Shown here piece after piece: positions 24,401 to 39,400 of a stretch of 64,000 bases of DNA (position 1 is the stretch's first letter; each line of letters opens with the position of its first letter). The stretch comes from Raja brachyura. Taxonomy: Eukaryota. The notes under the pieces were generated by a model. It did no database searches. It was given only the letters and a program-made list of their open reading frames with translations, and was not told the DNA's origin. The position numbers and the translations under genes were made by a program. The stretch spans positions 67,890,001 through 67,954,000 of the forward strand of contig OY740786.1 in assembly GCA_963514005.1 (NCBI GenBank). Direction: 5' to 3'.

Positions 24401-27400
24401 ATTATATTTTCTATCCAACCACCTTTAGTAATTTCTTTCTCATGTCCCTGCAGTTCCATCAGATGCTCTTGTTGGGTCATGGCAGGGAAATTGAAATATG
24501 TTGTCCTGGGGCCACCTTTCAATGGGCAATCCTGGGATAACATGGTCTAAATAGTACAATATTAAGTCCAGGCACGTACTTGACTTACCTTCATCTTTGG
24601 ACCTCCATGCAGTGTCCTGAGAGCTACCACGCTGCAGCTTGACCTCAGTGACCTATGCTTGGTCCCTGACACTGCCCCGCTCCCACGCATACTCAAACTC
24701 TCCTCTGACATTGGTCCTGATCTCCCCATCAATGTACTGCTGCTTCCCAATCCCAGGACCTACTTTCCCAACTTGTGCTACATTTCATCCTAACCATTCC
24801 AACGACCAAGTGTTGGTCTCTTTCTTTCAATATACACTGCCAGATTCTGCTTATCTTCCAAGATCAAACGACTGTCTCAGAATTCCCATCTCTACTTTGC
24901 CCACCAAGGACATATTTCTTCCACAACTACCAAGATTCAGACTGCCCCTATCCCCCACACCCCTACCCTGTAAGCTGTGCTCTGATGTCCCCAACCTTAG
25001 GCTTGGGGCCGTCAACATCTTGATACCAAATTCAAAATAATTGCAGCTAAGTGAATTTATCACTGCTGCAAAGTCCAAGAAGTATGGTAGGATTTACAGA
25101 TAATAAGGGGAGAAAGAATACAGAATGTAACTAAATCAGTCAGTCATAGTGGGAAGTATCAATAACGTCAGGTTTTACCTGGCAAGTGGGTGCAACATCT
25201 TCCCTCCACCACAGCCATATAAACTATCAGGTTCTCCTATACTTCTGTAGACTTCAATCAGTAGTTCCTGTTGGAAAATACACCAGCTTAAAGATGAACA
25301 AGATATTTTATCAACTTAATTTTTCTGATGTAGTAATACTATTTTCTGGAGCCTTTTGACCTGCCAAAGATTGCCCTTATTTATTTTGAAAACTTTTATT
25401 TATTATTAATTCAAAGGTACAGACATGGTTAAAGGTTATCTGGCTGAGTTGGTTGTTGATGGTATGTGATCTGGTGATGACACCTCATGGAATATTCGAT
25501 TTTTGCTCTGGATAGTAAGCAGAGAATTGGTCTTCTGTTTGGCATACCCTCAGATTTGAGGATGACATATTTTCACTGAATAATGGAAAATGCATATTCC
25601 CAAATTATTTTCATATGTGATGACTTTTCCACATCAGCTATCACAGGAACATGACAGAGAGACCGGTTGGAAGGTTAAGGATGACCATGGTGATGATGTT
25701 CCTTGCGTCATACGGAGACTGCTCTGTAACTACCATGACTGGATTCACCTTCCTACTTGAAGGCGCAATAATGATGTCTCTTGGCATTCCCTCCTTTTTC
25801 TAGACATGGGTGAATGTGAGACTTAAATTTCTCTGCTAAATTTTAGAACCACAAAGGATACCATCCACTTCTGTGACATTTGGATTTGGTATCTTCAAAT
25901 TCTCATTGGTCAGGGGTGGAGACTGGGTCAGATGCTATTGGACAGTGTCAAGGACACAGTCGGGGTTGAGTAGTTATTTTAAGTATTTACCCTAGAAGAT
26001 GCTGAATACTTCTCTGTCTTGGTAAATTCACTTATGTTCTTGGTCACTTCTGCTCCCTATCATGTGCTTGCAGAGGAGATTAGTTTAACTTAGCATAATG
26101 TTGGCACGGTTATTGCAGGCTGAAGCACAGGTTGTTCCTGTGCTGGTATATCTATTATTCATAGATTCCACTGTTATAAGATGAGGTTTTGGAGATATAG
26201 AATGGAAACAGGTTGGGGTGGACTCGGTGGACCTTTGGCCCACCGAGTCCACCCCAACCAACAATCACCATTCACACTAGTTCTGTTTTCCCAGAAGAAG
26301 AGTGCTGGGGTGTTTGACCTCCATGGGGAACGTGGAGAGATGACTTTTTAGATTGGGACACTTCTTAATTTGAGAATTTCTTCAAAGACGGCCTACCTTG
26401 AGGAGATTTCACAATGGAGCAGTGCAGTGTAGAAGCTTCTTTTTGTAAACCAGTATCTGCAGTTCCTTATATAAGCATTTAAGTTCTTGTCTTGGAGACT
26501 TTGTTGCAGATAGGAGATGCAAGAGCCATTTACAAAGCCATTTAGTTTCTGTACCTGTAAGCTGATCCCTGTTTCTTCTCTGCTTTTACTGCTCAAGCTG
26601 GAGATCGTTTGTTCTTGGCTGCCTTCATCAAACTTTAAGTTGCGAGCTGCTCTGCGGGAACTCCTAAATACCATAAATAATTATTTTTAAATGGATTGTG
26701 TTACTGAAGCATCTTTTACAAGTATTTGTTACCAGTTATACAAAAAAAATAACCATTCACTAACTATGTTAGTTTTGTAGCTACTGCTACATTTTATTTT
26801 AACACTAAACATTCCTTTGGGTTAATTTTTGACCATCAAAAATGATTAAGTTTGGGCTGAGTGGGAAATTAACATTTGGAACCCAAATCCAAGCCATACT
26901 TCATCCTTTAATTTAATTTAGAGATACAGTGTAGAAACAAGCCCCTCGATCCACTGAATCCGCGCCCACCAAATGATCATCTGTTCACACTAGTTCTATC
27001 TTACACACTAGCGACAATTTACAGAGGCCAATTAACTTACAAACCTGCATGTCTTTGGAATGTGGGAGGTAACACCCAGAGAAAACCCAGGTGATCACAG
27101 GGAGAACGTAGAAAGTCTATACAGACAGCACCCGTAGTCAGGATCGAACCTGGATTTCTGCTACTGCAAGGTCAGCAGCTCTATCATTGCGCCACTGCGT
27201 CGCTCACTTTACTGAAGGCATGAGATAAACAACTAAAAATCACTCTCAGAATGTGGATAGATCAATTAAAGCTTTTACGCTGGGTGCAAAACTCCATTTG
27301 AACACGTTCAGCAGTATGAACATTGACTTCGCTAACTTCAAATAGCCCTTGCTTTCCCCCTCTCTCCATAGGGAGGTTGCACGGCAGTCGAGGACACGAC

Positions 27401-30400
27401 CAGTGACCCGTAATGTTGCCATACAACGGCTACTGGAGTACACAAGGTGAACTGCAGGTAAGCATTTACTATGGCTACCAGCACAGCAGGCCCTTCTTCT
27501 GTCCCAGCATCCGGGGGGGGGGTGAGAGGGGAGGAGTTTGGAGCGTCGGTGACTCTGGGTGGACGGAGGGCCCAGGCCGTCCCCAACACTGCTGCAGCTG
27601 ACGGGGACGTTGCCAGGTTTTCGTCCCCGTGTGTCCACTGCCCGGAGCTGCGGCCCCGTGTGTGTGCGCTGCCGACCCACATCCCGTGATAACCCGTGGA
27701 GACTGGGCTGAGGGCTGCCGTGGAGGACAGCGCTGACCCCGGGGGGAGAGTGGGGGCTGTCCCGAGGGATGCGCTCCTTCGGCCGCTTACACCTTGGTGC
27801 TCGGGTTCAGAGCAAAAATACTAGAGCATTTGGTTCAGAGCGCTCAGTCACCCGCGACAATTATTTACACCGCAGAAATTTCCCATTTTGGCGGGTTTTA
27901 ACAGGTAAGAAAGTACGCGTTTCGTGTGTTAACAGTGTATGCCGAGGCTGCCATGTCCTCCAGACGGATTGAGCTGCTCCATGCGTCACGCCTCTTGACC
28001 CGATGACCTTACGCTTAACCCCCATATACCCTCCCGCTTCCCATTTCTCCCACCAGTCTTACTGTCTCCAACTACAATCTATCTCTGTCCCACCCAATCC
28101 CCTGACATCAGTCTGAAGAAGAATCTCCACCTGAAACATTACCCATTCCTTCTCTACAGAGATGCTACCTGTCCCGCTCAGTTACTCCATCATTTTGTGT
28201 CTACCTTTAGTTTTGAGAAAATAGGCATATCTCAATTTCTCCACATATGCTGGTTACCAGTCAGTGATCCTACTTCAGTTTTACTTAGCTCTCGAGAGCC
28301 AGAGCAGATATGTTTAAAGTGAGGGGAGAAAGATTTAATATGAAACTGAGGGGTAACTTTCTCCCCCACAAAGGATGGTGAGTGTATGGAAGGAGCTGCC
28401 GGAGGTACTATCACAACATTTAAGAAACATTTAGATAGGTACATGAATAGGATAGGTTTAGAGGGATAAGAGCCAAATGCAAGCAAGTGTAGATGAGACA
28501 TGTTGGTTGCTGTGGACGTTGGGCCGAAGGGCCTGTTTCCATGCTGTTTGACTTTATGACTCTCAATGTTTGTACATGTTCTGCCGTAGAATTTAAAAAG
28601 ATGAATAAAATGTTCTGGTCTTAACTTTTAGATCTCCCTTAGTTGATCCCTTAGCAATCCTTTGTTTGCAATCTTAAGCTATTATCTTTTCAATGTTTAC
28701 TAACTTTAACTGAGGCTATACATTTAAAAAAATTCTGAGGTTCCAGATAAATTCAGATAGCTGTCAAATCAAAACAGAAAGCTGTTGATTAAATATATAT
28801 TATTTCAGACAATTTAAGAATACAGTGAAACTTCTGCAAAATATGGTAACGTTTAAGATGGCACTATTTTATATTTTAGGGCAAATTGTTATTCGTTTGT
28901 GGACACACTGAAGGTCATAGCAGATAACTAAAGAAGGGTTCCAACCCGAAATGTTACACATTCTTTTTTTCCAGAGATGCTGCCTGATCCATTGACTTAC
29001 TCCAGCAATGAGTTTATCTTCAATATAAACTCGCATCTACAGTTCCTTCCTACACATGACTTTTTATGATTTGCTACAATTTAAAGGGAGTACCGTGTCA
29101 ACTCTTCCTCGTCAGATCTGATTTTATCAGCATAGATTTCTGCATAAAGCAAGGCTGTAAAGTGAGCTGCACATGACTGGGCTGTCAAAGCAACCTCCAA
29201 ATAATTCAGATCCAGCCAGAAGTTGTCATCCCATACAGTGCTCAGCTGATGTCTGAAATGAGAAAAATATCAAATATCAAAAATAAAAGTTTTCTCTTGA
29301 CTTCATTTCAAACATTTAGAAACATAGAACTAAACTAAATTAAAATTAAACTAAATCAAATATGCTGTAATCAACTTGAAAAATGTGATAGTATTGATGC
29401 AACATTAAAATAGAAGAGGCCACTGTGTTCAGGTTATTCATTCCAGTAACAGTCTGATAAACAAGGCTAGATTAATACTTTAGATGCAACCAATCACCAA
29501 TACTCATAGGAACTTGAATTCATATGAAGAGTTGCAGCTTTTTATGCTAACCTACATTTCTTCTTCAGATGCTGAATGATCTGTTGTGACATTTTAGCAT
29601 CATCTGCTACGTAAATTAAAATATGAACAAATTTTGTTGAAACCTTTTTTGCTTGCGCAGGTAATCGACCACAGCCAGCATTGTGCGCCGAGAGGTCTTA
29701 TCCATAGATCCGAGGGGAAGGCTGTCCGTTTCTGACAAAATAATAAAAACAGGTTTAACAAATGGGAATACAGAAAAAGCTTCATATAAAATGTAACCGC
29801 TTTCACAACAACTAGATTGTTTGTGAACATTAAATTCTCTAAATTTAGGTGACTAAAGGGCCTGTCCCACTTAGGCGATTTTTTCGGCGACTGTCATATT
29901 CGTAGCAGTTCACCGAAAAACCGGCGACTGGACCCCCCTAGAACAATGTCTACGACAAGCTACAACAACCTACCACCTAGTCGACGTCAAGCTACCAGTA
30001 GGTATGTTCCAAAACTTACCTTTAGCGGTGCTGCAGTTCTGCAGTTCTGCCGCTGGCCGTGTGCGCGACTTGGGTGCCTTTAAGGGGGGCGGGGGGGTGG
30101 GGCGTGGTTAAAATGCAGTTTTCCCCATGCCATCCGGAATAATATTTTGTCGGAGTGCGATCTATTTCTGGAGATTCGTTCCGACTACCGGTAAGTTAAT
30201 TTTTTTTTAAAAATCACCCAATTATTTCTGCGCTGCAGTAAAATAAAAATTAGCCCCTAATGCCGTGAATGCCGACAACGGGGACCGATTTTACGTAGGG
30301 GACAGGTCAGTGAAAGCTGTTTATTTTTACATATACACTTGCTTGTTTAGGGGACGTTAATCAATATTTCATGTTACAAAACGGTAATTTAGTCCCCATA

Positions 30401-33400
30401 TGAACCGGCAGAATTTTTCCTGCCGATATTGGGTTTAAATTCACCACAACCGCAACGTTCCAATCCATCGCGTTCCAGAAAATCCCACTCGCAAGCTGTT
30501 TAAAAAGCCCATTAATTTACAGGCATTAAACACAAAATTCCTTCAATTTGACCTATAAATTAATGACAATGAGATTTAAAAATCATGTTATATTGTGAAT
30601 TCGTGTGTGAATGTTATTTGGACACTTGGGCTTTAAAAAAAAGTTAATATTTTCTTAAGAAATGGATAGATGTTTAGATCTAGTAATTGAATTTTATAAT
30701 TAGCTACAATTGGGTAACTAACTAATTATATGCTTTAATTTCAGGTCATCCAAGTAAGATTGTTTCATATTAGTTTCAGAATGCTTCAATCCATAATAAC
30801 TGAAAATTTCTTTCAGTTCTCTTAATGTTTAAGAAAGTTATGGGCTTTTGACTGTCCTCGATCACAACTTTTGTGTTAAGTCAATGGAAAAGCAATGGGG
30901 AACAAAATGCTAATTTCCGAGTATGAAAATGGCCATAACTTTTTTAATACTGAAGATATGAAAGTAAATTAGGTGTCAAATTAAACTTCTTTGTATGCTT
31001 TATCTGATGGGATAAATTGCAGACTTGATTTTTAAAATCTCAAAATTCTGTAACATTGCTAACCATTAGGATTAGGAACCATTAGGAACCATTACCAGCA
31101 ACCCATTAGGATGTTCACTTACGACCACACCTACGACAACCTACGTCCACCCGCGACAAACTCCGACAAGCTACGACCCTGTTGGCGACAATTGAAGACA
31201 CCTTAAGGCAATTCAGGCGTCGGTACCTGTCGCCGGTTGACATAGGTAGTAGCCAATGGAATTCACCGAAGTCAGCACCGGCGACAACCTGTGTCACCTG
31301 GCGACAACCTACATCATCCTGGCGACAACCTACGACAGCACCTACGTCAGGAGAAGTCGAGCTACACTCATTGGCGTAAAGCCCACTGTCGCCAATTTTA
31401 AAAAAAAAATTTCAATATCCAGTGGCGACCAGAAAAGCGCTACGACGGGCGGCTGAGGAGCCGACTCACGACCATACAGCCTAGTCGCCTAAACAAAATT
31501 GCCTAAGTGGGACAGGTCCTTAACCCACAAAACAACACCCCCATTCTCCCTCCCCTCCCCTCCCCTACCCCCTCTCTTCCCAGTAGCCAACCTGGACTCG
31601 CACCTATTTCTCACCTTCCCTTCCATTTATATTTCTTCTTCTGGCTTCACAATTTGCACTTTCATCCTTATCTCACACCTTTTGCCTTTTCATGTCTGGC
31701 CTTTGTCCAACCATCTGCCTTTCGAAAACTCCCCTCACCTGTATCCACCTATCACTCGCCAGGCTTCGTCCTCTCTTCCAGCTTTTACCTCCCGCCAGCA
31801 CAATCAGTCTGCAGAAAGGCCCGACCCGAAACGCCACCTATCCATGTTCCCCAGATATGCTGCCTGACTCACTGAGCTACTCCAGCACTTTGTGCCGTCT
31901 TTTGATTATACTCACTACTATTCAGAAAATGTGATTATCAGAAATGCTTTCTCAAGGCGTAAACTTTGATTCATCAGAAGATAAAAAAGATCCCTACCAT
32001 ACTGATACCAATATGGTAATCTAGCCATACTTGAATGGGAGAAATTAATGTTGAATGACAGTCACTGCCATACTTTCCTTGAAGGAACTTCAGAAGGCAG
32101 AGGAACAATGAAGTGCAAATTTGGTGGAGCAGAGGGATGGGTGTTGCGAAAAGATAGAGAATATTCACGATACAAAACTGATGGCGTCAAAGTAGAAATA
32201 CTCAAAAAGCCTCACGTTCCAAGAGATAAATGTCACCAGCAATTTGGCCTGGACCAGCCACATCGAAGCTAAGGCCAAGAAAGCACACCAAAACCTCTAC
32301 TTCCTTAGTTGGTTTAGGATGTTTGGCATGTCCCCAATAGCACTGTAGAAAACATTTTATCGGGATGCATCACAGCCTGGCTTGGGAACTGCTCCATCCA
32401 GACCACAAGAAATTGCAGAGCACTGTGGACGCAGCCCAGATCGTCACGCAAACCAACCTCCCTTACACCGACTCCATATATTCTTCACACTGCCTTTGGC
32501 AAGGCCACAAGCATAATCAAGGACCAGTCTCACCCCAAACACTCCCTCTTCTCCCCTCTCCTCTCAGGCAACAGGTACAGACATTTCAAAACATAGACCT
32601 CCAGATTCAGGGACAGTTTCTCCCCAGCTGTTGTCTGGCAATGGAATGGTCCTCTCATCAGCTAGGGTCTGGTCCTGACCTTCCATCTACCTCATTGGAG
32701 ACCTTTGAATTATATTTAATTGGACTTTCTCTTACACTAAATGTTGTGCCCTTTATCCTTTATCTGTGCAGTGTGGACAGCTGGATTGTAATCATGTATA
32801 GTCTCTTCTTTGACTGGATGATAAGCAAACAAAAGCTTTTCCCTGTACCTTAGCACACGTACCAAAATAAAATAAAATAAATTAAGCTAAACTGAAAAGA
32901 TGAGGACTTTATTAATGGAGTACTTTTAAATGATGGAGCTTTTTCCTGGAGTTAATTAGAAAAAATATAAATTATTTCTGTTGTTGGTTTGACAATAAGA
33001 GGCCTTTAATACTGTCAGTGTGAGAGTAAGACGAGAATCTATATACAGAGATACTGTTAAAGTGAAGAAAATTGCAACATCATAGAGAACTTTACTAACT
33101 CAGACAAATTAGTGGAAAGTACAAAGCTAAGGGGAGAAGTTCTATGTCCTATAGTTTTTACTTAGGCAGTCACTGGAGATTAAGGATCACTTACTTCCAC
33201 TTGCTTGTGGGTTCTGATTTAATTGAAGAGGACAATGTGAGACCCATATGAGGCAGTTGATGAGGCAACGAATGCGTGGCAAAGTACATGGTTAATCTGT
33301 GCAGTTCTGCAATTGCACACTGGGCAGGGATTCCCAGCAGACGGTGGGGATGTATGATTTTTTTTTAAAGGAGGTTTTGAGCATATTGAATCTTTTCCTG

Positions 33401-36400
33401 TTTGTCTGGTAATATTTTGCATGCCAGATTTCGGAAAAGATTGTTTGCTTCAGAAGTATGCTGTGGGGCATCCAAAAAGGAATAATGGATTGTCCCGTGT
33501 ACTGTAGTATTTTACAAAGAAATCTCAAAAAGGCTGATCCAAAGTTAGCTACGGTCTGAAAGAGGCTGCAACAAACATAGGACTAGTATTGCTAAAACAA
33601 TCGGAGGGATGGTAGAATATTCAAAAGGATAGATATGATCATCATAAAACATAGGAGCAGAATTAGATCATTCGGTCCATTGAGTTTGCTCTGCCATTCA
33701 ATATGCGCACAAAACAAAATTTAAGTATTCAGCTTGAACAGATAGACAATCTATGTGGAACGCTCACATTATTTTAAATTTAGAAAATGATCAAATGAAA
33801 AATATATTTTATTTAAGAAATATACGGAGGACAATGATCCCAATTAATGGCTCAGTGGTGGAAATACCAAAGGGACAGGCATTATTTCAAAATAATGAGA
33901 GGATTAGATTGGGTAAACACACAGTCTCATGCCCAGAGTTGGGGAATCGAGAATAGAAGAGAGGTTTGAGGTAAGGGTGGGGGAAAGATTTAATGGGAAC
34001 CTGAGGGTAACTTTTTTTTTACACAAAGGGTGGTGGGTGTATGGAACGAGCTGCTGGAAGAGGTAGTTGAGGCAGGTACTATCCCAACGTTTAAGAAATA
34101 TTTAGATAGGTACATAGATAGGATAGGTTAGAGGAATACGGGCTTTTTGCTGGTAGGCGGGACTAGTGTAGATGGGACATGATGGGCAAGTAGTGGGCAT
34201 GAGTGTGGGCTAGTTGTGCTGAAGGGTCTGTTTCCACACTGTATGACCCTAATTAGCTAATTATCTGAGGTCTCATGCATTCTTACTTTCCAAAGTAAGA
34301 CTTACTTTCCAAAATAATTTTATACAAACTGATGTACAACACCATCAAATTGAATTGCTTATTGAAATACATTTTCAGTGGACTCGTGCAAAATCCATTA
34401 CCTGAGTCAATAATGGCTGGTGTGGTGGATCTGCTAGAGCTTGATCCCATTCTACAGCACACATTAAAGAAACTCTGAATTTGGTTAGATAACAACCCCT
34501 GCCGGCAACTGTTATCGTCATGAAGGAGAATATCATGGATCAAGTATGGAAGAACCATCTGGCAGAAGTCAGCCTTCACCTGATGAAACAAGGTAACAAA
34601 CATGAACAAAATCAAATTCAAGGTCATAATGTACAATGTTCAAACTCTGCAGATAGCTTTTTAAAAACTTCAAATTCAATTCCAACTATGTTCCAAAACA
34701 TTATTTTTGATTAAAGCCTGCCAGTTCTTAGTTTTGCTAAATCTATAATAAAGAGAAAAGATAAATTGATAATAGAGAAAAACTAGAGGTTGTGCTAGTG
34801 ATGTAACTGGAATAAGTGTTTCCAAACAACCTGGATACTTTGTAACTGGGTACTTGCTTCTTTCAAACTCCCCAACAAAATGGTCATTACATTAGACACA
34901 AGGAACTGTAGATGCAGTTTTTTTCAAAAAAGACACAAAGTGTCAGAGTAACTCAGCAAGTCAGGCAGCATCTCTGGAGAACACAGACAGGTGACGTTTC
35001 TGGTTGGGTCCCTTCTTCAGACTCACTTCTGATCTGCTGAGTTATTCCAGCACCTTGTGTCATTTTTGGCCATGATGTTACTCAAAATCCACAAATGTAA
35101 TGAAATAAAGAAAACAATTATTAATATGCAGAAATATTTAATAATCTGATTAGAGTGCAGGGGCCACCCAGACTGAGCAGTCAACAATGTTGGTTGCATT
35201 GGTACACTGTTAATGTTTAAATATACATTTCAAGCAAAGGCACAAAAACAAATCTGGAAAATTAAAAAGGTACCAGATTACCTCACATAGTGACTTTATT
35301 AACTGCAGAACTTCACTCCTCACACCTCCACTGTCTAATAGTTTACAGGTTAGTGTTTTCAGCCATGTGTCATGGCTTACACCCTGAGGTATCCACAAAC
35401 AGCTGTCATCAAGAGTTTCAGAAGGACTGGATCTGCTGTCTGCTAGCAACTCAGGAACCTATATCAACAAATCATAGGTTTACACAATGGTTTTATTGAA
35501 AGGATTTTAATAATGGTTTTATTACAGGAAAGACACACTACAGAATCACAGATGAATGCGAAAGGTCAGAGGATAAAGACATTATTTTAAGAAAAGGAGT
35601 TGCATTTTGGCAATGGATAAGGTTCAATATACAACAAAATGTGTTCAAAACCATGAAATAATCATTTCATCTATTAGAAAAATGATGAACAGTAGAAAAG
35701 AAAGACCAAGTTGACAGAGGAGAATTTAACTTTAGTGTTAGTACCAGAGCCAAAAAGCAGGATGTGACATTTTAAAATTTGAAAAACATTATCACAATAA
35801 TTGCTGAAAAAAATTTCATCAGAAAACTTAAGCAGGTTTCAGAAAGACTGAAGCAGGTTATTTGAAAAGCAATAACATGATATAAAATAGACAGTTTAGC
35901 AGTGGAGCTATTATCTGCACATTAGCTAAGATGTAGCTTCAGATCAGATTGTTATTCTGCATCTACACAGTGAATATGATGCTTCACTGTGTTCAGGGAT
36001 ATTTACCTTCATTCTGGGTGTTCGGAAAGGTTGTAAATACATCAACATGGGATCAGGACCATTGGGTTCATTCTTACTTAACTCCCAGAATTGGTGGCCT
36101 GTTTGGGTGGCAAGTATGTTCTTTGCACATTTAGCAGCTGCAAAGCGAACATCAATACTGGCAGAAAAGAACAGGAAGGCTAGATTTTGTAAAAGCAATT
36201 AGTAAAATTACAATAATTTTTGTTCACATCTCTTTGACTCTATGCACTCTTCTAAACCAATAGTACCTGAAAATGAACAAATTACATTCCTTTGATGGAA
36301 CTGTAATATGCCCAAAATAATCTATCGATCACTTTGAACTGGATTAACTGGGCAAGTTTAGTCTGGGTTCACTTTGAACTTGGGCCGATTGCACCTCCAA

Positions 36401-39400
36401 TTCTTAAATTACTCCAAAAATTGATTTATTGATTAAACTTTGCTCTCATGGAAAATACTCTCATGGAATTTGTGTGGAAAAAATTAATAAATCAAAACAA
36501 CTTTTTTTTTCCCAATTTGCAGATGAGAAGTATCACGTTATGGAAAAAAACCCTAATTTTTTAGCAAAGCAACTTCCACCCTTCTCCTGGAACCTGTAGC
36601 GAAAGATTAGAACATCATTTCGAGCTGACCAAATGAACATAGCAGCTATTTTAGACTATTTTAGAAATTTTAGACTATTACTTCCAACACAGGATGAATA
36701 GTCACAATGCAACATCTACAAGGGAAAATCGAGATTTTATCTGGGAGTTATATGTACATGTTACATGTACACGGAAGTATGCAATAAACTCTTCAACAAA
36801 ATTACGCACAAGCAAGGCTAATTAAAACCGCTGTGTACATTTTGCTGATATGATGCTACAAAACTATACAAATAATATTCTGTGCAATAAATATAATGAT
36901 TCACACAAATTCACTCTAAAGGGTATATGTAATGCAGACTATAGCGATCTGCAAGGCCTTTTTTTTGCTCTTTGCTTCATTTCAAAACATGCATAAACTC
37001 ACCATTGGTCAATGAGAGCATTATTAATTACACCGAGGAGAATGCAAACCAATTTAGAATTATTTTCTTTCAAAACTTCTGACGCCTTGAAATGAAATTC
37101 ATCTTTCTTGTTTTGTAAAGCAATGGTGGAAAAGTCAATTGGACCCATTTCTCCAAAGCACCTGCCTGCAGCTTCTGAAATCACAAAATGAATGTAAACC
37201 TCAAGGATATATTCAAATAATAATTGCTGCAAACTAAATAATCCAGAACCTATAAATTGCTTTGAAGGTTTTCATAATGAATTGACTAACACATCAAAGT
37301 GCAACTTGCTAAACTTGTAATGTAACAGGTTCAAGGGAAATTATCTTCTTCAATGTTTACATACAAAGGTATTATCAAGTGAAGATACACCCAAAATGCT
37401 GGAGTAACTCAGCAGGACATGCAGCATCTCTGGAGAGAAGGAATGGGTGACGTTTCGGGTCAAGACCATTCATCAGACTATTATCAAGTGGCTCCGGAAT
37501 AGAATACTGTTTGATCAGATGCATACCAACCCCAGTTTCAAACACATGCCATTTTCTACACCAGTCATTAAAATGTGAGTTGGCTCAGAGATAGAAGGAA
37601 CTGGAATCTTGAGCAAAACACAAAGTGCTGAGGAATACAGCAGGTCAGGCAGCATCTGTAGAGGGATTGGACAGACGTTTTAAGCGGGACCCTTCTTCAA
37701 TCTGAAGAAGAGTCCAGACCCAAAACATCATATGTTTATTCCCTTCACAGCACGGTGGAACAGCGGTAGAGTTGCTGCCTTACAGCTCCAGAGACCCGGG
37801 TTCAAACCTGACCATGGGTGCTGTCTGTACGGAGTTTGTACGTTCTCCCTGTGACCGCATGGGTTTTCTCCGGGTGCTTCCAATTCCTCGCACACTTCAA
37901 AGACATACAGGCTTGTAGGTTAATTGGCTTCGGTAAAATTGTAAATTGCCCCATATGTGTGTGTAGGATAGTGGTAATGTGCGGGAATCGCACAGACTCA
38001 GTGCAGCGCAGACTCAGTGGGCCGAAGGGCTTGTTTCTGTGCTCTATTTCTAAACTAAACCAAAAAAAAGATGTTGCTTGGCCCACTGAGTACCTCCAGC
38101 ACTTTGTGTATTGCTCAGCGTTAATTGTCCTTTATTTAATGATGAAGACTAATTTAAGCAGGAATTGGAGAGAAATGGCTCAAACTAATTCTGGATAGGA
38201 TTCTTACATCAACTGAACAGTTCAGGCTGGGTTTTACATCATATGAAACATATTCTACGTTTTAAATACCAATCCATTTGTCACTTTTGAACTCAGCTGG
38301 GAGGTACTGGTTTGTGGTCCTGTGATGTGAGTTTCAAATATTACTATGTTAAAAGAGCTACACAGTGAAAGTTTTTGTTTGATGATATTTGTTTATTCAG
38401 ATTGAAAGGCACTAAAACCCCTTAACAATATCCATTTGTTCCTTAAAGTTTTCTAGGTTATTGGTTCCAGTGTGTGTTGATAATGCTTTACTAAGAAACA
38501 TTTCCAATCCTAAAATTGCCATTTACATAAATGAACCAGTGTTCATTTGCTCAATTAAAAACATTTAAAATACAAGAAAAATTAGTCCGTAAATCTAAAG
38601 TGTCACTTTTGAAAGGAAGACTTTCTAGTTTTCTTTTCTTTTTTTATTTTCTTTATTAGAAGTAATGTACATTACAATGACATAAGCCAAAAATAACATA
38701 ATACATTTCCTGTGCCACTTCTTATTTTATACTTTAAGAAGAAGAAGAATAGGAAGAAGAATAGAGAGTTACATAGGATAGTAAGTGCGTGAAAGAGTGA
38801 TCAGGAAGAACACGTAGAAGCGTAAGGCACAAGAAAGACTAAAAAAGAAAAACAAAGGAAAAGAAAGAAAAAAAAATAGAAGAGAAAATATGAGAAAGTA
38901 AAATAAGCTAAGATAAAAGGGATGTACCTACTTCGTATCTTTACACACCCCTCACCAGGTCCTGATACCATTTATTTTCAGAGTTGTGTTGCACCCTATG
39001 CTTGTAATAAGTCGATAAATGGAGACCAAATCTTTTGGAAATGGTCTGATTTGCCTGCTAGGAGGAATCTCATATCTTCTAGGTGTAACATTTCAGACAT
39101 ATTTGAAATCCACATTTTTATCATTGGTGTGGGAGCGTTTTTCCAGAATTTAAGTATAAGTTTTTTTGCCATTATTAAAGCATAATTAAGGAAGCTCTTT
39201 TGGAACGAAGTCAGCTCAAAGCTGGCTTCCATTGTTCCAAAAATAATCAATTCTGCATTCGGTTTCAATTTTATTTTGAATAATTTTGTAAAAATTTCAA
39301 AGATTTTGTTCCAGAATTTTTGGATTTTTATGCAAAAAACAAAGGAATGTGCTATTGAAGAAGGGTCTCGACCCGAAACGTCGCCTATCTCCTTCGCTCC

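Noticed and set aside
24540-25010. Possible old retroelement remnant
   Set aside because: Too degenerate to assign a family by eye.
29930-31450. Interspersed CTACGAC/GGCGAC short repeats resembling a CRISPR-like array
   Set aside because: Irregular, short, internal to a eukaryotic MITE; no constant repeat-spacer period.
37749-37815. tRNA-like A/B boxes
   Set aside because: Head of a HE1-type SINE; no full cloverleaf.
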